Shown one piece after another: positions 36,241-46,800 of a stretch of DNA of 64,000 bases. Positions within the stretch are counted from its first letter, which is position 1; every line of letters starts with the position of its first letter. Made by a program: the position numbers and the translations under genes. A model generated the notes under the pieces. It saw only the letters and a program-made list of their open reading frames with translations. It ran no database searches and was not told the origin of the DNA. Source of the DNA: Macrostomum hystrix (Eukaryota > Animalia > Platyhelminthes); the NCBI GenBank assembly GCA_950097015.1, contig CATNEN010000038.1, positions 15,128,001 to 15,192,000 on the forward strand. The letters run 5' to 3'.

Positions 36241-38585
36241 GCTTTCTAAAAACTAACGTTTCCTCGAATAGTTTTTTTATAGTTTTTCCTCTTTGGGTCT
36301 CACTCAAGAAATTTCAAATCGATTAAAAACCATTGACATGCAGCTAATAGGCCTTTTGCGACCGCAGCAGGATCAGAAACGTCCTAAACATATAATTTAA
36401 TGAACCTGACGGCACATTTAGCTCGTAGCTGGCGCGAAATAGCTGCTACATCGAGATAGCTCAAACAATTTTTTTCATTCTGCATTGTACTTTTGAATGT
36501 ACTTGTGCATATGTCCACCGGCCTGCATTGGCTTGTTAGTCAGAATTATTTTTTTACATTTATTGATCAAGCATAAAAAATTAAAACCTAGATCGGATAG
36601 AATAACCAGACATCACATAGAGTTTTGGGCATTGTGAACAAAGTTTCATGATCTCCATTTTAACAGATTATATGTTTGTTTTTACATGCCCGTAACTTGA
36701 TTTTCCCTATACTAAAATTCAAAACTATCTATATATATGTTTTCAGTCAAAAAATGAATGCCCAACGAAAATCACGAATATCACTTTTTACTTTTAAAAA
36801 GGTAAAACAAAAACTTTCTATCTGAAATCTCAGAAAGGCCCAAGATTTGCAGCAAAAGAAAATACTGTTATATAAGTATTGTTAATAAGTATATACAGTA
36901 CTACAGTAATAGTACTTTTTACTGTTCTTTTTAGAGTATATGCGTATACTTTTGAAAAATGTATTTACCTGGAAACCGCCACAGTCACGCTAACCGAGAG
37001 CAGCGAACAGTTTCGATGGCTTCGAGACTTTTGTGTTTTTGGTGTTTTAGTTACGAATTGATTAATCTCTATTCTATGACACTCTTTTACCCTTTTTGTG
37101 AACTATTTCCATGGACCTAGGGGATCAAAATCTACCCTTTATTAGCCACCCTAGTTTTGCTAGTTACCATTAAATAGGTGAGTGTAGGCTACTTAATACC
37201 ATGGATTGTAGTTGTTTCAGTGACAAGCAAAAGCTCCTTTAGTGACAATACCTAGTTCTTCCTAATATACTTTTATATGAAAATTGTTTAGTCACAGACA
37301 TAGTTTTTTACTTATTTGGGAGAAATATGATTTATTTCTTCATGTTCTTGGCAATAAACTTGTAAACTTAATATTTCTTTCTTTTAATCTGATTATAGGT
37401 CTATTAAAATATTTATGTTATATTTCATTTGATTTTGTTTATATTCTCATAAAAAACAGGATTAACAAATTTTAGAATTGTATTGAGTTTCATTTTCATT
37501 TTTTCATATATATTTGTGCTTAAATAATTGGCTAATTCTATGAGATGACAGTCATTGTGTTGGTGTATATAATAATCATTTTTTGTACCAAAGACAAACT
37601 AACTCGAGACTTTGTATGTTCTATATTGATGGGCGTGACCTCTAGATTAAGATAATATACATTTTAAAGTAATTTTATTTACTGTGTTAATGTAGCAGAC
37701 ATAAACTTTCAATAATGGTCATTTTTGGTGAAAGTTGACATATTCAAATTTTCAATGTAAGTTCAAGATTCCTGCAAATCAGGCAAGTTTTTGTTTCAAT
37801 CAGTCATTAGTTGTAGTCAACAATAGCTAGATAAACAGTTCTAAACAAATTTCACATGTTTGTAGCCAGTTTAAAAAAAAACGACCATTATTTTTTAAAA
37901 CGGCATAAGGAATCTCTCTATTTTGGATAATATCTTGGTTTTAAGATTGTTTATAACTAATATTAGTTATAATAAAAATATTTAATTCCTTGCTAACCAT
38001 AAAATTTATTACACTAATCTCACATTTCAGATCAAACCTACCATATACTTGTACCTTCTGCACAACATAAACTTCAAGATTGCCTGACTCAATAATCATA
38101 AAGATGGCTAATCAGTTAATGGAGGGAATAGTGCATGAAACAATTAAATATACCAATGGCTTAGTATGAATTAACAAAAAAGATAATTTATTTCAAGGCA
38201 TATAAAACAAGGTTAACATTATCTCTTAAAGGCATGAATTCCAAGAACATGTATTGTCTTTAGAATTGACACAAGAAACTTTTTTCTTCAGTCTTTAGAT
38301 ATAATAAAGTTAAGTTGTTTTTATATTTATATTCTCTGAGTTAAATTTTTAACTCTTTAAATTAAAGACTAATTAGTCCCTAATGAAAACTAGATTCAAT
38401 TTTTATAATGTCCTGCGGAACATTGAAATGATTGTAGGGGTACTATGATCAAAACAAAAAATATAAACCTAAAGGTAGATAAATATGTTTAAAACTGCTT
38501 GAACATAAAACTATATATAATTATGTACAGATGGAAATATAAAATTTTATTAAAAAAGCATAATCACAGCATAAAAAAATAATAG

Positions 38586-41500
38586 TGTTATGTTAGAAGT
38601 CAAGGCGAGTGTGTGCGAGCTACGAAACGCTTAAAGCCAGCGATGGGCAGAGAGCCGATATATATATTATTGTTTAGTCAAGTGCAGTGAGCAATGTACA
38701 TTGTACGCGTCAATGGGGGACTGGGGGGCAGGTGCCTGAGAGAGAAAGAGAAAGACTGCACATCGGCTAGCCAGCATCGATCATTACACAACACCTCCTT
38801 ACATTGAAAAGTACGAATATAATGGCACGAAAAGAGTAGAACGAATATAGTAGCACGAATGGAGTCGCACGAAAACAGTTGAATGGGGAAAAATAAAAAC
38901 ATTGAAATATTTTACGATCATATGGAACAATACAATATTAATGTTGAAAAATATCATTTTAGACCGTTTGTTAAATCGCACGCTTGAGCAGCAAAGACAA
39001 CACATCAACTTCTGCCATACCTCCTTTCACCAAAATTATAGGAACTTAAAAAGAGCTTCCAGTTCATTTAAATTCAGTCAACAGTCATTTTTCACTCAAA
39101 AGTTCACCACGAGGCCTGGTACCTCTGCGGCTGATGGACAAGCCGACCTCGCTTGGTCCGGAACCCAGAGTCGTCCGAGCTTGAGCACGGTTGCACAGAT
39201 GCCGGCTCCTCAGCTGGCTGCACTGGCTCTGCAGGCTGCTCTGTCGCCGGTTGCACGGCCGGTTGCACGGCCGGTTGCACGGCCGGTTGCACCGGTGCCT
39301 GCTGGTCGTCCGCCTCCGACAGATTGACATCCTCATCAGCCACTGGGTAGCTTTCATGGAATGGCACGCCGATCTCACGTGGCCTGATAAACCGCCGGTT
39401 GCGCCTGAGCAGCTGGCTCGACTCCGTGCGAAGCCAGTACGACCGCGGGCTGCCGTCCACCTCGCTGTCGACCTCGGCAGCCACCCAGTTCCGACGATCG
39501 CACTGAAGCCAGACTGGCTCGCCGACCTCCAAGCGTCGAAGTGCGCGCGCACCGCGGTTGTAGAGCTGAGCTGCCCGGGTCCGCTCCTTCTGGAATGCTT
39601 CGATGCTGGCATGCACGTAGGTCTCCCGAGGCCGCAGATCTTGCACCGTTGTCGGCAGGTCGCACCGCAGTTTCCGGCCAAACGCCATTTCCGCCGGGCT
39701 GGGGAAGCCGCTGCCGACCGGCGTGTTGCGATAGTGCAAAAGGGCCAGTGCCAGGCTCTGTCCAGTCTCCTGGCACTTCTTCATCATATTCTTGGCAGTC
39801 TGCACATATCGCTCTGCTTTGCCGTTGGACTGCGGGTAGGCCGGACTCGATGTCCGGTGCTCCACTTGAAATCTGTTCATGAACTGGCGGAACTCTCCTG
39901 CGGTGAACTGCGGCCCGTTGTCACTGATGAGCTTCTCTGGCACTCCAAAGTTCTGGAAATGGTCTTGGAGCACCTGAACTACTGCCAGGCTTGTTGTCGA
40001 CCGCAGGCGGGTGATGCTCATCCAGTGGCTGTAGGCGTCTACGTACACCAGGTGCGCAGCGCCACGGAACTCGAACAAGTCGGTCGAGCAGACTTGGAAC
40101 GGAAACTCGGGCATTTCAACGATCATCAAAGTCTCCTTTGACTGGGCCTTCATGTTACGCTGGCAGGCCTCGCACTGGCTGACAGTTCGCTCGATGCAGG
40201 TGCGCATTCCTGGCCAGAAAAAATAATCTTTGGCTTTCAGGTCCATCTTGACGATTCCAGGGTGTCCAGCGTGCAAAATTCTTAGGATCGAGCTTCTGGC
40301 GCTGCCGGCTGGCACGTAGATGCGGTCCTTCAGGCATAGGAGTCCTGAGACGAAAGTCAGATCATGGCGAAGATCCCAAAATACTTTCAAATCGTCAGGT
40401 AGTCGGTTTCGATGCTCGGGCCATCCGGCTTGAATGACCTCCTGCAGACGCTGGCTCGTCTGGTCTGCAGCCGTGGCCTTCTTGATCATTGTCAGAATCT
40501 CGCGGTCTCCACTGAAGCATCGCTCCACAGCTAGCACTTGTCCGTCCAAAGCTTCCTCCAGCAGAAGCGTCAGGCTGTCCGTCTTTCCGTGAGCTCGGCT
40601 TAGCGTGTCTGCAACGTACAGCTCCTTTCCTGGTGTGTACTTCACACGAATGTCGTAGGGCTGCAGCTGCAGCAGCAAGCGCTGGATGCGCGGCGTGGTG
40701 TCACAGAGCTGCTTCTTTAAGATGGACTCCAGTGGCTTATGGTCACTCTGGACATTGACAGTGCGGCCCCAGAGGTAGCGGTGAAATTTCTTGCAGCCGT
40801 ACACAATAGCCAGGAGCTCCTTCTCAATCTGCGCGTATGCCTGCTGAGCTTTAGTCATGGCTGATGAAGCGAACTCAACCGGACGGTCCTCTTGGAGTAG
40901 CACAGCACCGATGCCGCTCTTGCTGGCATCCACAGACACGGTGACTGGCTTGCTGACGTCAAATGTAGCCAAAACCCTGTTAGAACACAGCTCCGTGATG
41001 ATCGAGTCGTACGCCTCGTCGTGCTGATGCGTCCAGCTCCAAATGACGTCTTTCTTGAGCAGGTGTCTAAGCGGCTCTGCAGTAGCGGAAAGATGAGGAC
41101 AAAACTTGGCCAGGTAAGTCACACAGCCGAGAAATCGCCTTAGCTGCTCCTTCTTCGAAGTGAGACCTTCAACATCATTCGGCCGGATCATTTCTTTGAT
41201 GGCTTTGACCTTCATTGGATCTGCTCGCAACCCTTCCGAGCTGAGCACATCGCCTAGGTAGTTGAGCTCTTGGACACCGACTCGCATCTTCTGTGGGTTC
41301 AGTGTCACCTTGGCACGCTTGCACTGCTCCAGGAGCTCTCGCACAGCTTGGTCGTGCTCCTCGACTGTTCTTCCCCACACGATGATGTCGTCAAAGAAGT
41401 TCTTAGAGTTTCTCACGTTGTTTGTGACGTTTTCTTCCATTCTCTTCTGGAAGACCTCGGGAATGGATGAGAGACCGTATGGAACTCGTTTCCAGCGATA

Positions 41501-43459
41501 TCGGCCGAACGGGGTGTGGAACGTGGTCAGGAAGGAGCTTTCATCATCGAGTTTTAGTTGGTGAAAGCTCTCGTTCGCATCGAATGAGCTGTACAGGATG
41601 GCTCCAGCAGTCGCAGCTCGAACTTCCTCGGCGGTGGGGATCGGGTGGTACTCTCTGATGATGAACCTGTTCAGGTAGGTCGGATCTAGACACAGTCGCA
41701 TCGAGCCGTCCTTCTTCCACACGATGGCCACATTGGAGACCCACTGCGTCGGTTCGTCGACTCGCGCGATCGTTCCTTCCTTCTCCAGTCTCTCCAGCTC
41801 GCACTTCAGAGGTTGATACGCAGCAAATGGCACCTTGCGAGGAGGCTGCACTTTAGGCACTGCGTTGTCCGACAGTTGAATGGTGTATGGCTGCTTCATG
41901 CAACCAACGCCGTTGAATACTTCTGGGAAGCTGGCCTTTAACTGGCTGGAGTTCAGTTCCGATAACTGCTGCTTGCTCACCTTGCTGATGCTGCTTAGAC
42001 TCTGCTGCAACGAGAACAGCTTCTTGACCAGCTGCAGCTCCTCAATCGCTGACTTCCAGCCGATGATGGGCGTGGAGTTCTCACCGACAACAACAAACTG
42101 CAGTCGGGCATTCTTCCGGCAGGGCGAAGACACAGTCAAGTACGTGATGCCGACCACGTCCAGCAGCTGCTTGTTGTACGTTGTCAGAGTCCAAGATGTC
42201 GGCTCAATCGATGCTGCAGGGGCGAGCTGGATCAGCCGTTTCAGAGGGATCACGTTGACGTCCGCACCGGTGTCCACCTTGAACTGCAGCTTTCTTCCAG
42301 AGTCCGTGACAGTCAGGCACACCATCATCGCCGAGCTGTCGGTTTGCGCCTTGGTTCGAGCACCTGGCTGCTCCACGGTCATGATTGCTGCAGCCGGGCC
42401 ATCACCTGCGGACTCGGTCTCGGTGTTCTCCACCAGCTCGTTGACCTTCTTAGCTGAGCGGCACACGGACGAGAAATGGTTTGCGCGACCACAGTTATTG
42501 CAGGTCTTACCGAATGCCGGGCACTTGCGCCGCTCATGCTGCTGTCCGCAGAAGCCGCAGCTGCGAGCCGACTTGGCATTGCTGGCGGGCTGCGACCGGC
42601 TGGTTCGGCCTTGAACTGCCTCGACGGACGCTGGCGCGGGTGCAGGCGTTGCTCGGCTGATCTGCGCTGTGGCCAGGGTCCGAGCCTGCCGCTTCGAAGT
42701 CTCCGACGCTCGACCCATCTGGATGGCGCGGTCCAGCGTCAGCTTTGTCTCGCGGAGAAGCCTCTCCCTCAGAGCTGGGTCGTTCGCACCGATGACGATC
42801 TGATCTCGAATGACGCTGTTCTCGATGGTCTCCTTGTTCGCTGGCTCGCTGTAGTTGCATCGCTTGATGAGCTGGCGAAGTGAGCCGACGAATTGGTCGA
42901 AGTCCTCAGCTTCTCCTTGCACTCTTGTTCGAAGCTGGTAGCGCTCAAAGGTCTCATTCGACAGAGGCTCGCAGTACTCTTGGAACGCACTCTTTACAGC
43001 TGCGTACGTTGCTACTTGGTCTGCAGGAAACGTGGAGAATACGTCCTGTCCATCGGATCCCAGCGCGGTCAGGAGAACAGCGATCTTCACTTCTTCACTT
43101 TCTTCAGTCCTCTTCGTAGCTTTCATGTAGAAATCAAATGCACTGATCCATCGCCTCCAGTTGTCTGCCCTATTGGTGTCAAAAATCATGGGCTCTGGCG
43201 GCCTCAATCCATCCATGCTGGCTTGCTAGAAAGTTTAGACTTGCGACGTCATGTTATGTTAGAAGTCAAGGCGAGTGTGTGCGAGCTACGAAACGCTTAA
43301 AGCCAGCGATGGGCAGAGAGCCGATATATATATTATTGTTTAGTCAAGTGCAGTGAGCAATGTACATTGTACGCGTCAATGGGGGACTGGGGGGCAGGTG
43401 CCTGAGAGAGAAAGAGAAAGACTGCACATCGGCTAGCCAGCATCGATCATTACACAACA
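38586..43459 (-). mobile_element. Intact Ty3/Gypsy LTR retrotransposon (Mag-like)
   Basis: Identical 208-bp TG...CA LTRs at 38586-38793 and 43252-43459; 5-bp TSD aatag (38581-38585, 43460-43464); short PPT aaggagg; single uninterrupted ORF. Confidence 0.97.
39104..43216 (-). CDS. Gag-Pol polyprotein (1370 aa)
   Basis: Two zinc knuckles (CGFCGQQHERRKC, CNNCGRANHFSSVC), protease DTGA, RT (PYGL, FFDD), RNase H (DAS, EKELLA, SDHKPL), integrase HHCC and D-D-E (STDLF, SDNGPQF, NGKAER); PR-RT-RH-IN order. Confidence 0.97.
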   Translation of the reverse strand: MDGLRPPEPMIFDTNRADNWRRWISAFDFYMKATKRTEESEEVKIAVLLTALGSDGQDVFSTFPADQVATYAAVKSAFQEYCEPLSNETFERYQLRTRVQGEAEDFDQFVGSLRQLIKRCNYSEPANKETIENSVIRDQIVIGANDPALRERLLRETKLTLDRAIQMGRASETSKRQARTLATAQISRATPAPAPASVEAVQGRTSRSQPASNAKSARSCGFCGQQHERRKCPAFGKTCNNCGRANHFSSVCRSAKKVNELVENTETESAGDGPAAAIMTVEQPGARTKAQTDSSAMMVCLTVTDSGRKLQFKVDTGADVNVIPLKRLIQLAPAASIEPTSWTLTTYNKQLLDVVGITYLTVSSPCRKNARLQFVVVGENSTPIIGWKSAIEELQLVKKLFSLQQSLSSISKVSKQQLSELNSSQLKASFPEVFNGVGCMKQPYTIQLSDNAVPKVQPPRKVPFAAYQPLKCELERLEKEGTIARVDEPTQWVSNVAIVWKKDGSMRLCLDPTYLNRFIIREYHPIPTAEEVRAATAGAILYSSFDANESFHQLKLDDESSFLTTFHTPFGRYRWKRVPYGLSSIPEVFQKRMEENVTNNVRNSKNFFDDIIVWGRTVEEHDQAVRELLEQCKRAKVTLNPQKMRVGVQELNYLGDVLSSEGLRADPMKVKAIKEMIRPNDVEGLTSKKEQLRRFLGCVTYLAKFCPHLSATAEPLRHLLKKDVIWSWTHQHDEAYDSIITELCSNRVLATFDVSKPVTVSVDASKSGIGAVLLQEDRPVEFASSAMTKAQQAYAQIEKELLAIVYGCKKFHRYLWGRTVNVQSDHKPLESILKKQLCDTTPRIQRLLLQLQPYDIRVKYTPGKELYVADTLSRAHGKTDSLTLLLEEALDGQVLAVERCFSGDREILTMIKKATAADQTSQRLQEVIQAGWPEHRNRLPDDLKVFWDLRHDLTFVSGLLCLKDRIYVPAGSARSSILRILHAGHPGIVKMDLKAKDYFFWPGMRTCIERTVSQCEACQRNMKAQSKETLMIVEMPEFPFQVCSTDLFEFRGAAHLVYVDAYSHWMSITRLRSTTSLAVVQVLQDHFQNFGVPEKLISDNGPQFTAGEFRQFMNRFQVEHRTSSPAYPQSNGKAERYVQTAKNMMKKCQETGQSLALALLHYRNTPVGSGFPSPAEMAFGRKLRCDLPTTVQDLRPRETYVHASIEAFQKERTRAAQLYNRGARALRRLEVGEPVWLQCDRRNWVAAEVDSEVDGSPRSYWLRTESSQLLRRNRRFIRPREIGVPFHESYPVADEDVNLSEADDQQAPVQPAVQPAVQPAVQPATEQPAEPVQPAEEPASVQPCSSSDDSGFRTKRGRLVHQPQRYQASW

Positions 43460-43851
43460 AATAGTAAGTTATATTAATTTCTCAATAAGTTGACTAGCTA
43501 TTTGCCTACTTTTATTTACAACATTCTGGGCAGGTTCTTTAAGTACTTAAAATTACTTTACAAATTGTATCAATAAAGTGTTTGATTAAAATGATTAGAT
43601 AAATAACTCACAAAATCATATTGTCTAGGTCTCTGTGGAAAGTATTATCTCTAATTGACTATTTCCAAAACATTATGAGTAAAGTTGTCATATTCAAACA
43701 AATTTAGATTACCCAGGTTTAGACATTACTCTTCTAAATCATTCATATTCTCATTTTTGTTTTCAGCTAGAATTTCACTGGCCATATTACTTTAACACAG
43801 AAAATAGTGAAATCAAGATAGATCATCATAGACTTAGCTACTGCACATTGC

Positions 43852-46800
43852 ATGAAGTCGCAGTGGATTAGTGCAATAAATCAACTCCCGCATGGAGTCC
43901 TACCAGTTACTATTATAATAGTTCTACAAGTGGCATTGTTCGCTTCTACTGTTAGTGGCAGCACTGGAAGCAGCCAGTTACCAGATGACAGTGTATCGAA
44001 TATTTGGGCCATCGAGTTGACACAGCCATCTGATGGTATCCCAGTAGCAGTTACCCATGGTTGTCAGCTAGTTCGCCGTCTCCACCTGATTAGCCACTTC
44101 GCCTTAGTTAGCTGCGGTTCCGGCTTTATAAATAGTGCAAAATCCGACACTTTAACTCAAAGATTTCGTAGACACGCTTCCGTAATTTGGGCTGAGCGTC
44201 AGGTTGCTAAACGACGCGTGAAACGATCAGCTAGCGACAAAATATTGTTTAACGATCCATTCTATGACAAGCAGTGGTATTTATTGTCTGGCGCTAATGG
44301 CGGCCACGATCTAGAGGTGTCAGAAGTCTGGAAAATGGGCTACACTGGTCGCGGCTCTGTAGTTAGCATCCTTGACGACGGAGTTGAGCATTGGCACTCG
44401 GATTTGAAAGATAATTACGATCCCGCCGCCAGCTATGATGTTAATGGCCACGATAGCGACCCGTCGCCAAGGCAGACACCTAATAACGAAAATCGGTTAG
44501 TTGTGCTCGAGACTTCATCAACGCACTTTAGCTTTTACACGTATTAGAATTGTAATCTAGAGATGGGATTTTGGGATGAGTAGAGATGGGATCTTGGGAT
44601 GAGTAGAGATGGGATCTTGGGATGAGTAGAGGTGGGATCTCGGGATGAGTAGAAATGGGATCTCCGGATGAGTAGAGATGGGATCTCGGATGAGTAGAGA
44701 TGCTATCTCGGGATGAGTAGAGATGGGATCTCGGGATTAGTAGAGATGGGATCTTGGGATGAGTAGAGATGGGATCTTGGGATGAGTAGAGGTGGGATCT
44801 CGGGATGAGTAGAAATGGGATCTCGGGATGGGTAGAGATGGAATCTCGGATGAGTAGAGATGATATCTCGGGATGAGTAGAGATGGGATCTCGGATGAGT
44901 AGAGATGATATCTCGGGATGAGTAGAGATGGGATCTCGGGAGTAGTAGAGATGGGATCTCGAATGATTAGAGGTGGGATCTTGGGATGAGTAGAGATGGG
45001 ATCTCGCGATTAGTAGAGATGTGATCCCGGGATGAGTAGAGATGGGATCTCGCGATTAGTAGAGATGGGATCCCGGGATGAGTAGAGATGTGATCTTAGG
45101 GATGAGTAGAAATGGGATCTCGGGATGAGCAGAGATGGGATCTTGGGGATGGGTAGAGATGGGATCTCGGGATCATTAGAAATGGGATCTATGAATCTGT
45201 GGAGATCTGGTCTTTATGAAATTAGTCAACATCCTTGACAGCCGATATCTCTGGATTTGTGGGAAATGTAAATTTTCGCGAGTTTACGATGAAATAAATA
45301 TCGGGGGAGCTATTGGATGCTAGCTTCAACTAGTTAACTGGGCAGATTCAGCTCACAATTTGTTGTTGCATTTTGAAAACTGTCCTCTTCGCATCATATT
45401 TTAGTCACGGCACTCGTTGCGCCGGCGAAGTGGCAGCCAAGGCCAACAATGGCATCTGCGCAGTTGGTATCGCTTTCGAATCTAGGATTGGAGGTGAGAT
45501 GCAAGATTTGAGTTGAGTACTTCGCTTAGTGACTCCCTGTTAGTGACTAACAGCATTCCTGGTTGTTTTTCCTCGAATAATAGTTTCGATTTTTTTAATA
45601 TCGAGTTTTTTTTTCACGGCGATTTTTATATTCATAGAATTCTTTTCTTTCTAAGAAAAGTAGTTTATATACGAGCCGCATTTAAAGAAAACTTCACCGT
45701 TCGAGGGTTTTTATTGGATTAAGATTTAGGGATGAGTAGATACGGAACCTGGGGATGAGTAGATACGGAACCTGGGGATGAGTAGATACGGAACCTGGGG
45801 ATGAGTAGATACGGAACCTGGGCATGAGTAGAAATGGAACCTGGGGATGAGTAGAAACGGAACCTGGGGATGAGTAAATAAGGAACCTGGGGATGAGTAG
45901 AAATGGAACCCGGGGATGAGTAGAAATGGAACCTGGGGATGAGTAGAAACGGAACCTGGGGATGAGTAAATAAGGAACCTGGGGATGAGTAGAAATGGAA
46001 CCTGGGGATGAGTAGAAATGGAACCCGGGTATGTGTAGATTCAGAACCTGGGGATGAGTAGAAACGGAACCTGGGGATGAGTAGATACGGATCCTCGGGA
46101 TGAGTAGATACGGAACCTGGGGATGAGTAGAAACGGAACCTGGGGATGAGTAGATTCAGAACCTGGGGAAGTAGAAACGGAACCTGGGGATTAGTAGATA
46201 CGGATCCTGGGGATGAGTAGATACGGATCCTGGGGATGAGTAGATACAGATCCTGGGGATGAGTAGATACGGATCCTGGGGATGAGTAGATACGGATCCT
46301 GGGGATGAGTAGATACGGATCCTGGGGATGAGTAGATACGGATCCTGGGGATGAGTAGATACAGATCCTGGGGATGAGTAGATACGGATCCTGGGGATGA
46401 GTAGAAACGGAACCTGGGGATGAGTACAAACGGAACGGATGAGTAGAAATGAATTTGGAGATTTTAGGACCTGTAAGTGGCTAGAGCTAGGATGTTGTTA
46501 TGAGTCGAGATCTCACAGAGGGTCATAAAATAAACATATCAGTATCATAAAATATTATTGGAATCTATTTTATGTTGTACTTTTTTGATAGATCAATGAT
46601 TTAATTGTATCCTCATTTTTTATTTACTTCTAAACGGACTTCCCCAATTCTTGAGATATTCCCACCGTCTTGTAGGAAACATTGCATTCTCAAAAGATTG
46701 CCACTCAACCAGCTTCCGTTATCCCCCTTGTACGCCAGGCATTCGCATGCTGGACGGGCAGATTACTGATAGCGTTGAAGCCGAATCACTTGGCTACAAT

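Noticed and set aside
39085-43300. Numerous overlapping short ORFs within the Gypsy element
   Set aside because: Alternative-frame or antisense shadows of gag-pol; no env-like or other domain evident
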